Origin: an uncultured bacterium
Lineage (GTDB): Bacteria > Auribacterota > Erginobacteria > Erginobacterales > Erginobacteraceae
NCBI GenBank assembly: GCA_963822585.1
Contig: CAWGIE010000007.1
Span: forward strand, 128,001-192,000
Direction of reading: 5' to 3'
Length of the DNA stretch: 64,000 nucleotides
Under the pieces are notes generated by a model. It was not told the origin of the DNA. It worked only from the letters and a program-made list of their open reading frames with translations, and searched no databases. Positions 41,108-51,853 of this stretch are shown here, one piece after another (the stretch's first letter is position 1; each line of letters starts with the position of its first letter). A program made the translations under genes and the position numbers.

Positions 41108-42022
41108 GTGACAGACAAAAATATAATCACGAAAATTCGGAAGCTGAAGAAAGAGCGCAACGCCGTCATCCTGGCCCACAACTACCAGGTTAAAGAAGTT
41201 CAGGAGATCGCCGACTTCCGGGGAGACTCCCTGGGACTGAGCCGGACGGCCGCCGAAACGGAAGCCGAGGTCATCGTCTTCTGCGGGGTTCACTTCATGG
41301 CCGAGACCGCCGCCATCCTGGCCCCGGAGAAGACCGTGCTCATCCCCGATCCGGAAGCTGGCTGCCCGATGGCCGATATGATCACCCCGGAGGAACTGCG
41401 GGCGGTCAAGGCCGCCCATCCCGGGGCGGTGGTGGTGACCTACGTCAATTCCAGCGCCGCGGTCAAGGCGGAGACCGATATCTGCTGCACCTCGGCCAAC
41501 GCGGCCGAGGTGGTCGAGTCCATCCCCTCCGATCGGGAGATCATCTTCACGCCGGATAAATTCCTCGGCGCTTACGTGATGAGGAAGACCGGCCGGCGGC
41601 TTATTCTCTACCCGGGATACTGTCCGGTCCACCGCAAGCTCCTCCCGGAAGACATTCGGAGACAGAAGACGCTTCACCCTGAAGCGGTGGTCATGGTCCA
41701 TCCGGAGTGCACGCCGGACGTGATCGCTCTCGCCGACGAGGTCCTCTCGACCTCGGGGATGGAACGGTTTGTCCGGGCAGCGACCGTCGATGAGTTTATC
41801 GTGGGGACCGAAGTGGACATGGTGACCCGGCTTCGGGGCGACAACCCCGGCCGGCGCTTCTTCCCCGCCTCAGAGCTGGTTTTCTGCCCGAACATGAAGA
41901 AGATCACCCTGGAAAAGGTCCTCTGGTCTTTGGAAGAGATGCAGTTCACGGTCACGGTGCCCGAGGATATCCGCACCCGGGCGCGAGCCGCGGTCGAGGC
42001 CATGATCTCTCTGGGAAAATAA
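41108..42022 (+). CDS. nadA: Quinolinate synthase
   Basis: [31 protein letters not shown]. Confidence 0.95.
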   Translation: MTDKNIITKIRKLKKERNAVILAHNYQVKEVQEIADFRGDSLGLSRTAAETEAEVIVFCGVHFMAETAAILAPEKTVLIPDPEAGCPMADMITPEELRAVKAAHPGAVVVTYVNSSAAVKAETDICCTSANAAEVVESIPSDREIIFTPDKFLGAYVMRKTGRRLILYPGYCPVHRKLLPEDIRRQKTLHPEAVVMVHPECTPDVIALADEVLSTSGMERFVRAATVDEFIVGTEVDMVTRLRGDNPGRRFFPASELVFCPNMKKITLEKVLWSLEEMQFTVTVPEDIRTRARAAVEAMISLGK

Positions 42023-42153
42023 AACTGAACGTCGAAGATCGGTCCGATCCGACCGATCCGTCTGATAAGTATCTAAAAACGGGGCTGCGCCGGGGGAAAA
42101 TTCGCGCAATTCGCAGCCCAAATTCGCGCAATTCGCAGATTGGAGAAATACCC

Positions 42154-42930
42154 ATGGAAGAAAAGATTTCGAAGGCGATAATAGAGAAGTACTTTAAAAA
42201 GTTACTGGAGAACCTGTCGGTTGACGTGGCGGTGGTCGGGGCCGGACCCTCCGGCATGGTAGCGGCCCGCGACCTGGCCGTCGCCGGAAAGAAGGTAGCC
42301 GTCTTCGAACGGAAGCTTGCTCCCGGCGGCGGGATCTGGGGCGGGGGCATGCTTTTCAATGAGGTGGTGGTCCAGGAAGACACGCTCCCCCTCCTGGATG
42401 ACTTCGGTGTGACTTACCGTGGCGCCGGCGCCGGCAACTTCACGGTCGATGCGGTGGAACTGGCCAGCGGCCTGATCTTCGGAGCCTGCCGGGCCGGGGC
42501 AGCTTTCTTTAACGCGATCAGTGTCGAGGATATCGTCTTCAAGGAAAACCGGGTGGGGGGCGTGGTTATTCTCTGGAGTCCGGTCAAACGGCTCGAGATG
42601 CACGTCGATCCCCTGGTGGTGACGGCGCGGGCCGTTCTCGACGGCACCGGCCATCCCAGCGAGATCGCGGCCCTGGCGACTAAAAAAGCCGGGATCAGGA
42701 TCGAAACCGAGTCCGGCGGAATCATGGGCGAACGGCCGATGTGGGTCGAAAAGGGGGAAGAGTCCACGGTGGCGGACACCAAGATGCTCTGCCCCGGTCT
42801 CTACGTCTCCGGGATGGCGGCCAACAACGTCAGCGGCGGCTTCCGGATGGGCCCCATTTTCGGGGGGATGCTGAAGAGCGGCCGCAAGGTCGCCGCCCTG
42901 ATCCTGGAGGAACTCGATAAACAATTGTAA
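42154..42930 (+). CDS. thi4: Sulfide-dependent (His-type) thiazole synthase
   Basis: [31 protein letters not shown]. Confidence 0.93.
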   Translation: MEEKISKAIIEKYFKKLLENLSVDVAVVGAGPSGMVAARDLAVAGKKVAVFERKLAPGGGIWGGGMLFNEVVVQEDTLPLLDDFGVTYRGAGAGNFTVDAVELASGLIFGACRAGAAFFNAISVEDIVFKENRVGGVVILWSPVKRLEMHVDPLVVTARAVLDGTGHPSEIAALATKKAGIRIETESGGIMGERPMWVEKGEESTVADTKMLCPGLYVSGMAANNVSGGFRMGPIFGGMLKSGRKVAALILEELDKQL

Positions 42931-43065
42931 CAACCTAAATCATCTTCTTTATACCAAGAAACTATTAACCACGAAGAACACGAAGGTGTTAAAAATCAGG
43001 GTTCTCTCCCCTTTTTAATTTTCTTCGTGTCCTTCGTGTTCTTCGTGGTTTATTTTTGCGGTGTT

Positions 43066-43725
43066 ATGAAAAAAGCTTTCGGTCTTTACGTCATCCTGAC
43101 CGATCCGGTCGCCGGCTATGAGGCCTGCTCCCAGGCGGCGGTGGCCGAAAATATCCGCTACCTCCAGCTCCGGATGAAACGAGCGCCACGCCAAGAGGTC
43201 GTTGAGACGGCCCTCCGGATCCGTGCCATTACCGCGGGAACGGAGACCCTCCTGATTATCAACGACGACCCGGCCCTGGCGGCTGAGGTAGGGGCCGACG
43301 GGGTGCATCTGGGACAGAGAGACATGCCCCTCCCCGAGGCACGGAAACTCTGGGACACACCGGGTAAGGTTTTCGGCCTCTCCACTCATAACGAAGAACA
43401 GGCCCGGACGGCGGGAGCGCTTTTGCCCGATTACATCGGTGTCGGCCCGGTCTTCTCCACCCCGACCAAGGAGGTGCCGGACCAGGTTCTGGGGCTGGAA
43501 CAAATGGGCGGGATCGTGAGGGGAACACCCCTGACCTCGATCGCCATCGGGGGGATCAACGAAAAAAACCTCGGGCAGGTTCTCGCTCACGGCGCCGTTA
43601 ATTTCGCCGCCGTCCGGCCGATCATGTCCGCCCTTGATCCCCGCCAGGCCATCGGCCGCCTCCAGCAGATCTGGCGGGAGCATTGTGCCCTGACTACCGG
43701 CGGGAGATACAGATCGTCGCCCTGA
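43066..43725 (+). CDS. thiE: Thiamine-phosphate synthase
   Basis: QLRMK, IINDD, GVHLGQ.D, GLSTH, TPTK, AIGGI. Confidence 0.93.
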   Translation: MKKAFGLYVILTDPVAGYEACSQAAVAENIRYLQLRMKRAPRQEVVETALRIRAITAGTETLLIINDDPALAAEVGADGVHLGQRDMPLPEARKLWDTPGKVFGLSTHNEEQARTAGALLPDYIGVGPVFSTPTKEVPDQVLGLEQMGGIVRGTPLTSIAIGGINEKNLGQVLAHGAVNFAAVRPIMSALDPRQAIGRLQQIWREHCALTTGGRYRSSP

Positions 43726-43823
43726 TCAACGACCGCGGTAGGATCGAACGCGATCTTTATCCCGGCGATTTCGTGTCAATGTGGCGGATCAAGAACTGCC
43801 CGGATATAGCGGGAGCCTCGTTT

Positions 43824-45107
43824 ATGGTCTCATCTCGGAAATATTTTGGCATTGTAATCGGAGTTTTATTAATAATCCTCGTTTCCCCCCTTGCTTCGCT
43901 CCCTTCCGGCTCCGCTTCCTTCTCCTCCCCCGCAGAGGAATTCCGTTCCGCCTATCTTCTCTGGAAAGGAGCCGAGGGCTTATTCAGGGAGGAGGAATAT
44001 GAAAAGGCGCTTCAAAATTATCGGGCGGCCGAAGCGCAGCTCGCCGAGCTCAAGACGTCCCATCCGGATTGGCGCCCCGAGGCCGTCGCTTTCTATATCG
44101 ATCGATGCCGGAAAGAGATCGACGAAACGGAGAAGGCCTTTTCCGAACAAAAGTCCCGGAAGAACCCTCTCCGGGTACACTTCATCGATGTGGGCCAGGG
44201 CGACAGTTCCCTGATCCAGTGCCCGGACGGCTCCACCATCCTCATTGACGGCGGTCCGCCTTATGCCTACCCTTTTCTGATCGACTACTTGCGGAAAGCG
44301 GGGGTGAAAAAAATCGACCTGATGATCGCCACCCATCCGGACGGCGACCATATCGGCGGATTGGTGAAGGTCATGAAAAAATTCCCGGTGGAAACCGTCC
44401 TCGATTCCGGCAAGGAGCATACCTCGGAGTTGTATGGTCGTTACCTGAAAACCATCAGCGACCACCCGGAGATCGAATTCAAGCTGGGAAGGGCCGGCGA
44501 CCGCTACCATTTCGGCGAGGTGGAATTATTGATTCTCCACCCTTCCGCCTCCCTTCCCAAGGACAATAACAATTGTTCGATTGTTGTACGGTTGCGATAC
44601 GGAGAGCATAGCTATCTCTTTACCGGCGACGCCGAAAAGGAAGCCGAAGATGAGATTCTGGGCCGTGGTTATAATATAAAGAGCACGGTCTTGAAGGTGG
44701 GCCATCACGGGAGTAAATCCTCTTCCTCTCCCCGGTTTTTGCGTTCGGTCTCCCCCCGTCTTGCCGTGATCAGCGCCGGGAGGAACAACTCCTACGGCTT
44801 GCCCAAGCCGGAGATCCTGAAAAGGCTGGAGGCGATGGGGATCGAGGTCCACCGGACCGATCTTGAGGGGACGGTCCTGATCGTCGACAACGGGAAGGAG
44901 TACCGCCTGGAATTCCCCGGAGCGGCGGTCTACCCCGATTACGAGATCCCTCCGGAAAACGCCGGTCAGATCGTGGGCGATCAAGAGGCAATGATCTACC
45001 ATCTCCCCGGCGGGAGGCTTTATCTCAAGATTCCCCCGGAGGACCGCCGCTTTTTCCACACCGAGGAGGAAGCACTGGCCGCCGGGTTTCGAAAGAGTTG
45101 GTATTGA
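43824..45107 (+). CDS. Membrane-anchored ComEC/Rec2-like MBL-fold hydrolase with a TPR-like N-terminal region and a small C-terminal domain
   Basis: FIDVGQGD, THPDGDHIGG, FTGDAE, KVGHHGS; tail YHLPGG..EEEA..AGFR. Confidence 0.85.
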   Translation: MVSSRKYFGIVIGVLLIILVSPLASLPSGSASFSSPAEEFRSAYLLWKGAEGLFREEEYEKALQNYRAAEAQLAELKTSHPDWRPEAVAFYIDRCRKEIDETEKAFSEQKSRKNPLRVHFIDVGQGDSSLIQCPDGSTILIDGGPPYAYPFLIDYLRKAGVKKIDLMIATHPDGDHIGGLVKVMKKFPVETVLDSGKEHTSELYGRYLKTISDHPEIEFKLGRAGDRYHFGEVELLILHPSASLPKDNNNCSIVVRLRYGEHSYLFTGDAEKEAEDEILGRGYNIKSTVLKVGHHGSKSSSSPRFLRSVSPRLAVISAGRNNSYGLPKPEILKRLEAMGIEVHRTDLEGTVLIVDNGKEYRLEFPGAAVYPDYEIPPENAGQIVGDQEAMIYHLPGGRLYLKIPPEDRRFFHTEEEALAAGFRKSWY

Positions 45108-45305
45108 TCTTATCGGGAAGAAAAATATTCGCGGTTGACTCCGGCCGATGATAAGGCGGGGCTTTTTTAACGGTTGCGCCAAGTTTCCACCCTTTGGCGC
45201 CGTTTTGACGGCCCGGGGGCGGAAAGCGAATAGGCGGGACGACGACCTCTCAATCCCTCAGCTAGTGAGAGGACGATTACCTTTCTCATCACCCCGTTTA
45301 ACAAT

Positions 45306-45950
45306 TTATAGAGACGCCAGGACACGTTCCGGCCGGTCGAGCAGTTCCTGAAAAAGCTGAAAATGCCGCCCCACGTGGAGTCCGTCCGCCAAAGCATGGT
45401 GAACCTGGACCGAGTACGGAAGCAGGAGCCGGCCTTCCGCACGATAATACTTCCCCCATGATATACGGGGGATCGAGTCGACCGGGGTGAGGTGAATGGG
45501 ATGCGTGAGGCTGGTGAATGATATCCAGGGAATGGAGGTAAAGAAGATCACGTCGTCCCGGGTGGTGTCCTCGACGATGGTAGGGTTCTCTTTCGCTTCC
45601 GCGATCACAGCCGCCGCCTCCGCCAGAAACGTCTCTGCCTCCGGGTGGAACCCGATCGTGCAATAGCCGAAAATCCCTTCTTTCCCCAACACCGTTATCG
45701 CGGGATCGACCTTCTCGTGCTCGATCACCTTCCCCTCCCGGATCCGGTAGCGGAATTCCGGGACCGCGTTGACCGCCCGAGCGGAGAGATAGAGCGCGCT
45801 GGCAAAGAAGGGCAGACCGTTTTCTTTAAGGAAAGTCGAGAACGCGGTGATATCCACATTGGCGCAGATGTTGAACTGGGGATAGTCCATTTCGTTGAAA
45901 AAACGGAAATGCTCCCGCCGCGCCCAGGACTTTATATCAATATCTTTCAT
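45306..45950 (-). CDS. CatA-like chloramphenicol O-acetyltransferase homolog
   Basis: W.R.EHF.FF, TSIPWISF, QVHHALADGLH catalytic motif. Confidence 0.88.
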   Translation of the reverse strand: MKDIDIKSWARREHFRFFNEMDYPQFNICANVDITAFSTFLKENGLPFFASALYLSARAVNAVPEFRYRIREGKVIEHEKVDPAITVLGKEGIFGYCTIGFHPEAETFLAEAAAVIAEAKENPTIVEDTTRDDVIFFTSIPWISFTSLTHPIHLTPVDSIPRISWGKYYRAEGRLLLPYSVQVHHALADGLHVGRHFQLFQELLDRPERVLASL

Positions 45951-46124
45951 ATAAATTAGCGCCTTTGGCGCTACTTTATCTGGACCCGACTTTGTCGGGT
46001 CTGTTACTTAAACGAAATTTATTTCACCAATGCAAAACAAGAAAAAAGCTTTCCTAACCTCAGTCAACATTTCACACTCATGGCATGATTTATCTTGTGG
46101 CCACAAGTTCAACAAATATTATTT

Positions 46125-46559
46125 TTACGGCCTGCCCCGAAGTTTAATCGGGGCAGCAAAAACAATATGATATTCTCCAAAGCCGGGTTCGGTCCAGCGG
46201 ACCAGCGTGGGTACGATCTCGATATGGACAAAATTGGGGTCATTCTCATCCGAGAAGTGGCCGCCGACCCGGGGGTTGAGTTCGAGGAGCTTTTTCTTCT
46301 TCTCCGGGCCGCCCGAGATATCGACGATCCCTTCAATCCGGAGATGGACTTTCTTCTTGTCCGTGAAGCAGATCTCAACCCGGTTATTCTCTTCTATCTC
46401 CCTGATCTTCCCGCTCTGCCGGTAAGTGGAACTCCAGAGGCGAAGGCCGTCCCTGACCACGAATGACATCGGCCGGACTCGGGGCTGTTTGCCGGACATC
46501 GTGGCCATATCGCCGAAACCGGCATCTTTGATAATCTCTAACACTTTCTCTATCGTCAT
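46125..46559 (-). CDS. Pyridoxamine 5'-phosphate oxidase-like FMN-binding protein
   Basis: MAT....PRVRPM, S.K..EI..N..VEI. Confidence 0.82.
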   Translation of the reverse strand: MTIEKVLEIIKDAGFGDMATMSGKQPRVRPMSFVVRDGLRLWSSTYRQSGKIREIEENNRVEICFTDKKKVHLRIEGIVDISGGPEKKKKLLELNPRVGGHFSDENDPNFVHIEIVPTLVRWTEPGFGEYHIVFAAPIKLRGRP

Positions 46560-46643
46560 GAGCCCCTCCAATTTTTTCTTCGAAAAAATTATGCAGTTTC
46601 TACTATTCGATACTATATTCTATCCGTAATCATTACAATGCCT

Positions 46644-46694
46644 TAACCTGGATTATTCATCAGAATTTTCAATTTTGATGAATAATCCAGGTTA
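46644..46694. repeat. Perfect 19-bp inverted repeat (minimal TIR-TIR element or hairpin)
   Basis: taacctggattattcatca ... tgatgaataatccaggtta. Confidence 0.7.
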
Positions 46695-46963
46695 TCATCA
46701 TTCGTCCAATATGTTATGTATAGTAATCTCTGTTATGCGGCCGTAACAGACTGTTTTTTCTTCACCGATAGGCCAGCGTCTTATTTCTACTCGAGACAAT
46801 TCAATTAATGTTAGATGTTTGCCGGCAAATGATTGCCCGGGAGCACTCTATAGATTATCATTTTATATTACTGCTATCAATGCCGGCTCTGGCATTGTTC
46901 AAAACTAACCCGATTTATGAATAAATCGGGTTAGCATCTTAGGATCTAAAATTGTCAGCTGCC

Positions 46964-47027
46964 TCGTCGTGCAGGGCTTTAGCCCTGCCTGATCTGAAAA
47001 AAGCAGGGCTAAAGCCCTGCACGACGA
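46964..47027. repeat. REPIN-like inverted doublet of palindromes
   Basis: tcgtcgtgcagggctttagccctgc and its exact reverse complement 14 nt away. Confidence 0.75.
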
Positions 47028-47051
47028 AAACAACAAAAACCAGTCACTAAC

Positions 47052-47792
47052 ATGTCCCTCTTAAACCAAAGTTTAATCCACGCTCCCAGCGCCGGGAAGA
47101 TATCCCACTACCCCTTCCTCGACCACCTGAAGATCGCCGATGTTCACCTGGTTCTCATCCCCTGGAATATCTTTTTAGCCCTGGCGCCGGCGATCCTGGG
47201 GGCTTATATCCTGAAAAGATGGAGTTCCCGGCCACTCCGGGAGCTCTCCCGGGGAAAGCAGGCGCATCTGGCGGCGCTCCTCCTCCTCTGGCTCATCCTT
47301 TATCCCAACTCGATCTACCTGATCACCGAAGCCCGAAAAATCCTGGTTTATGCCCCCCAGGACCTCCTATACAGCGCCAGCGTGGAACACATCTGGAAAG
47401 TTTTCTTTATCTTTGCCTACGCCCTATTCGGCTGGATCGGATTCGTTCTTTCCCTGGGCCAGATCAGGAGGTTCACCGCCCGGGTGCTCTCCCGGGGCTG
47501 GTCCCGGGCGGTAACGGCGTTATTGATCCCGCTGGGGACGCTGGGGACATTTTTAGGACTTTTCAACCGCTGGAACATCTGGGAGGCGCTTACTCATCCC
47601 GCCTTCATTTTCCGGGACGGTATCGACCACCTGTCCGACCCGGTGCGCCTGAAGAACCTGGCAACCGTCTCCCTCCTTCTCTTCTTCCTCTACCTGGTAG
47701 GTGAACTCCTCTTCCGCCTGCTGTCGTCAGCTTTCCCTCAGGCCACACTGAAGATAAACCACGAAGGACACGAAGAACACGAAGATAAATAA
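47052..47792 (+). CDS. DUF1361-like membrane protein
   Basis: WNIFLA..P, W....PN..Y..T, G.F.RWN.W. Confidence 0.75.
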   Translation: MSLLNQSLIHAPSAGKISHYPFLDHLKIADVHLVLIPWNIFLALAPAILGAYILKRWSSRPLRELSRGKQAHLAALLLLWLILYPNSIYLITEARKILVYAPQDLLYSASVEHIWKVFFIFAYALFGWIGFVLSLGQIRRFTARVLSRGWSRAVTALLIPLGTLGTFLGLFNRWNIWEALTHPAFIFRDGIDHLSDPVRLKNLATVSLLLFFLYLVGELLFRLLSSAFPQATLKINHEGHEEHEDK

Positions 47793-48025
47793 AGGGGGAG
47801 GAGGCGGGGGATGAAAGACTGAACATCGAACGTCGAACGTTCAACTTCCAACGTCGAACGGGAAAGAGCCAGGGGCGCTATTCCTATTCAATCACATTTC
47901 CGTCATAAGTGACGTTCCGGATCTTCGACAATCGTCTGTTAATTAAAGGGGCCGGGGCGGGGGACTAATTCGTGTCAATCAGTGTAATGAGTGGACTTAA
48001 AAGGGGGAGAGGCGGTGGGCACTTC

Positions 48026-48254
48026 GTTTAATTCGCGTAATTCGCAGTTTCTATTAAAGGGGCCGGGGGAGGGGATTAATTCGCGCAATTCGCAGTTTAA
48101 TTCGCGTAATTCGCAGTTTCTATTAAAGGGGCCGGGGGAGGGGATTAATTCGCGCAATTCGCAGTTTAATTCGCGTAATTCGTAGTTTCTATTAAAGGGG
48201 CCGGGGGAGGGGATTAATTCGCGCAATTCGCAGTTTAATTCGCGTAATTCGCAG
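48026..48254. repeat. 69-bp tandem repeat, about 3.3 copies (AATTCGCG family H plus G-rich linker)
   Basis: Units start at 48026, 48095, 48164 and 48233; one mismatch at 48183. Confidence 0.95.
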
Positions 48255-49353
48255 ATTCGAACGGGAACCGGTACTGCGTCAGCCCCAGTTCGTCCCGCAT
48301 GACCGTCATCTCTTGCTGGAGCGCCTCCGGCAGGGGGACGCCTTCCTTCTCATTCTCCCGGGCGGCCAGGTATTCCTTCTCTCCCGCCGTGTAGATCCGC
48401 TCGGCGCCGGGGGCTTTCCGGGAAGCCCGCAGCCCGCGGCAGATATCCCCGGCGATCTTTTTGAAGGTATCCAGCCCCATAAAAAACTCCGGGTTGACGG
48501 CGAGAAAGTAATGGCCGATCCGATAGGGGACCCTCTTCCCGTCCTTCCATCCCGAGAGGTCCTTCATGAAGACGCCTTTCTGGAAAGCGGCCGAAAAAAT
48601 CTCCACCGCGGTCGCGTAACCGTATCCCTTGTGGCCGCCCGCGGTATCGCCCTGACCGCCCAGAGGCAGAAGGGCCGCGGCCCCCTTCACCAGATCCTCC
48701 AGAATCCCGTGGGTATCGGTCCGGTCATGCCCCTCCCGGTCCACCACCCATCCGGCCGGCGTCTCCTGGCTCAGCCGGTCGAGGACCTCGATCTTCCCCC
48801 GTTGGGTGACCGAGGTGGCGCAGTCGAGCAGGAAGGGGAAGGGCTCGTCGGTCGGGGCGCCGATGGTGATCGGGTTGGTGCCCAGCATGTTCTCCACCCC
48901 GAAAGTGGGGGCGATCGAGGGCCGGGCGTTGGTACCGACGAGCCCGACCATGCCGTTCTCCGTAGCCATCAGGGCGTAATACCCGGCGATCCCGAAATGG
49001 CTGGAGTTCCGGCAGGCCGCCATCCCCATCCCGAGATCCCGCGCCTTCTCGATCGCCATTCCCATCGCCTGCTTCCCGATCACGTGTCCCATTCCGTTGT
49101 TCCCGTCGATGACGACGGTGGTCGGCGTCTCCTTGACGATCTCGGGGTTGGTCACCGGGTTGACGATGCCCGCCCGGATCCGGTCGTAATAGATCGCCTT
49201 CATCCGCTGGATGCCGTGGGAGTCAATGCCGCGCCGATCGGCGGTAATCAGGACGTCGGCGCAGACGGCGGCGTCAGTGGCAGGGACGCCCAGTCCGATA
49301 AAGACGTCCCGCATGAACTTTTCCAGTAGATCGAGTGAAACCCGGCATTCCAT
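48235..49353 (-). CDS. Ldh-2 (malate/L-lactate/ComC-type) oxidoreductase
   Basis: AD.RG..SHG, NSSHFG, GTNPI, LLPLGG, HKGYG. Confidence 0.92.
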   Translation of the reverse strand: MECRVSLDLLEKFMRDVFIGLGVPATDAAVCADVLITADRRGIDSHGIQRMKAIYYDRIRAGIVNPVTNPEIVKETPTTVVIDGNNGMGHVIGKQAMGMAIEKARDLGMGMAACRNSSHFGIAGYYALMATENGMVGLVGTNARPSIAPTFGVENMLGTNPITIGAPTDEPFPFLLDCATSVTQRGKIEVLDRLSQETPAGWVVDREGHDRTDTHGILEDLVKGAAALLPLGGQGDTAGGHKGYGYATAVEIFSAAFQKGVFMKDLSGWKDGKRVPYRIGHYFLAVNPEFFMGLDTFKKIAGDICRGLRASRKAPGAERIYTAGEKEYLAARENEKEGVPLPEALQQEMTVMRDELGLTQYRFPFESANYAN

Positions 49354-49484
49354 GGCATCTTCCTTATCGCGAAATAAGCCCCTGCCTTGCTCCTTTTCCA
49401 GGTGCTTATCAGACGGATCGGTCGGATCCGACTGATCAGACTGATCGGAGGAGTTCGCGCTTTTCCCCGGCCACCGATCACCGA

Positions 49485-51563
49485 TTACCGATTACCGATT
49501 ATCTGCCCCCCCATTACTTCCCTCGCCCTCCGCACCACTTCCTCCGGCGTGATCCCGAGCTTTTCGTATAGTACCGGGCCCGGCGCGCTGGCGCCGAAGC
49601 GGTCCACTCCGACTGCCGCTCCCCGCAGCCCAATATAGCGCTCCCAGCCGATGGTGACGCCGGCTTCCACCGCCACCCGGGCCGTAACCTCCGGGGGAAG
49701 GACACTCTCCCGATACTCCCGGTTCTGCCGGTCGAAGAGTTCCCAGGAGGGCATCGAGACCACCCGGACGGCCGCCCCTTCTCCGGCCAGTTTCCGCCCA
49801 GCGGCGAGGGCGATCTCGACCTCGGAGCCGGTCCCGATCAGGATAATGTCGGGCTGGCCGGCGGATGATTCCCAGAGTACGTATCCGCCCCGGCTGAGTC
49901 CTTCCGCCGGGGCCAGGTCTGACCGGTCCAGTACGGCCACGTTCTGTCGGGTGAAGACCAGCGCCACCGGCGTCTCCTTCTCTTCCAGTGCCGCCTCCCA
50001 GGCCGCTATCGTCTCGGTGGCGTCGGCCGGACGGATGACGATCAGGTTGGGGATCGCCCGCAGGGCCATCAGATGCTCCACCGGTTGATGAGTGGGGCCG
50101 TCCTCCCCCAACCCGATCGAATCATGGGAGAAAATAAAAAGAACGTGTTTTTGGGAGAGGGCCGCCAACCGGATCGCCGGGCGCATGTAATCGGAGAAGA
50201 CCAGGAAGGTGGCGGTATAGGGGATGACCCCGCCGTGGAGCGCCATCCCCACCGCGATCGACCCCATGGCGTGTTCCCGGACGCCGAAGTGAATGTTCCG
50301 GCCGGCGTATCCCCACTCATCTCCCACCACCCCCTGGAGATCGTCCCTGTCGGTCCGGGGGGACTGGAAGTCTCCATATCCGTTCAGCGTGGTCTTGGTG
50401 GAGGGGTTGAGATCGGCCGAGCCGCCGATCAGCTCCGGGATGTTCTTCGCCAGGGCTTGCATCACCTTCCCAGAGGCGGCACGGGTGGCGACGGGGGGGG
50501 AACCGGGAGGAAAAGTCGGGAGGCCGCTGGTCCATCCGGAGGGGAGTTTCCCCGCGATAATCCGCTGCAATTCGGCCGCCGCTTCCGGGAAGGCTTCCCC
50601 GTATTGTTTCAAGGCCTCCTTCCATGCCGATTCCCGTTCTCCTCCCCTTTTCAGGGCGCCCCGGAAATATTCGAGCGCCTCGTCGGGGATAAAGAAGGGC
50701 GGCGAGAGCGGCCAGTTTAATCGTTTCTTAGCCCCGGCGATCTCCTCTTCTCCCAGGGGGGAGCCGTGAGCGCCGAAGGTCCCCGCCTTGGTGGGGGCGC
50801 AGCACGCGATGACCGTCCGGACCATGATCAGAGTCGGCCGGTTCTTTTCCTCCCGGGCCCGGCGGAGAGCCTGGTCGATCGCGTTCAGGTCGTTGCCGTC
50901 GGCGACCTTGATCACCTGCCAGCCGTACGCCTCGTACCGTCCTCCCACGTCCTCGGTAAAGTCGATCCCCGTCGATCCGGCCAGCGAGATCTGGTTATCG
51001 TCGTAGAGGACGATCAGCTTTCCCAGACCCAGATGGCCGGCCAGGGAAGATGCCTCGGCGGTCAGCCCTTCCATCAGGCAGCCGTCGCCGGCCAGGGCGT
51101 AGGTATAGTGATCCACAATTTCGTGGCCCGGTCGATTGAAGACGGCGGCCAGGTGCGCTTCGGCTAGCGCCATGCCGACCGCGTTGGCAAGGCCCTGGCC
51201 CAGGGGGCCGGTCGTCGCTTCGACGCCGGGGGTCAGGACGTTCTCGGGATGGCCCGGCGTCATGCTCCCCCATTGACGGAACGATTTCAGTTCCTCCAGG
51301 GGAAGCTCGTAACCGGTGAGGTGAAGAAGCGAATAGAGGAGCATCGAGCCGTGGCCGGCCGAGAGGACAAAGCGGTCCCGGTTGAACCACCGCGGGTCGG
51401 CGGGGTTATACCGCAGGTACCGGTCCCAGAGAACGTAGGCCATCGGGGCCGCGCCCAGGCAGATCCCGGGATGGCCGGAGTCGGCCTTCTGGATGGCGTC
51501 GGCGGAGAGAAAACGGATAGTGTTGATGCACTTCCAATCAAGCTGTTCCTGATCCTTCGTCAT
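49485..51563 (-). CDS. tkt: Transketolase
   Basis: [34 protein letters not shown]; likely start MTKDQE at 51563. Confidence 0.96.
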   Translation of the reverse strand: MTKDQEQLDWKCINTIRFLSADAIQKADSGHPGICLGAAPMAYVLWDRYLRYNPADPRWFNRDRFVLSAGHGSMLLYSLLHLTGYELPLEELKSFRQWGSMTPGHPENVLTPGVEATTGPLGQGLANAVGMALAEAHLAAVFNRPGHEIVDHYTYALAGDGCLMEGLTAEASSLAGHLGLGKLIVLYDDNQISLAGSTGIDFTEDVGGRYEAYGWQVIKVADGNDLNAIDQALRRAREEKNRPTLIMVRTVIACCAPTKAGTFGAHGSPLGEEEIAGAKKRLNWPLSPPFFIPDEALEYFRGALKRGGERESAWKEALKQYGEAFPEAAAELQRIIAGKLPSGWTSGLPTFPPGSPPVATRAASGKVMQALAKNIPELIGGSADLNPSTKTTLNGYGDFQSPRTDRDDLQGVVGDEWGYAGRNIHFGVREHAMGSIAVGMALHGGVIPYTATFLVFSDYMRPAIRLAALSQKHVLFIFSHDSIGLGEDGPTHQPVEHLMALRAIPNLIVIRPADATETIAAWEAALEEKETPVALVFTRQNVAVLDRSDLAPAEGLSRGGYVLWESSAGQPDIILIGTGSEVEIALAAGRKLAGEGAAVRVVSMPSWELFDRQNREYRESVLPPEVTARVAVEAGVTIGWERYIGLRGAAVGVDRFGASAPGPVLYEKLGITPEEVVRRAREVMGGQIIGNR

Positions 51564-51853
51564 GATACCTTTCCCTTTTATTATTTTGCGCTTAAAGCGC
51601 AAAATAGAGTCCTTGTGATTCCCGATTCGAGTCTGGTATCTTGCCATAAAGCCGGTGTTTGTGAAAATTAAATATTTCATCGGAAGAATATACCAATGCG
51701 CCAATCTGTCAATATGCTGTCTTTATCCGTCCCTGGGCCGCGGGCGCCGGGTTTTATCATTTGGAATTTGATAATTTGAATATATTTAGGATTTAGTTAT
51801 TAGGATTTAGGATTTTTAGTAATACGCATCAGTCTGTTTTTTGAGAGACCCTG

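Noticed and set aside
42023..42153. TPP riboswitch upstream of thi4/thiE
   Set aside because: No TPP consensus; the space is filled by repeat families F, G and H.
45108..45305. Possible structured ncRNA between convergent genes
   Set aside because: Hairpins are present but match no family I can recognise; an Rfam search would be needed.
47948..48212. Intramolecular G-quadruplex in the G-rich linker
   Set aside because: Each unit has only three long G-tracts, so a canonical four-tract G4 is not supported.
47975..48226. Repeat-peptide ORFs (47975..48226 minus, 47991..48185 plus)
   Set aside because: By-products of the 69-bp (23-codon) tandem repeat, with no convincing start or RBS.
47945..48254. 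CRISPR array
   Set aside because: The spacers are repetitive or identical, the repeat is short and degenerate, and no leader or cas genes are seen.
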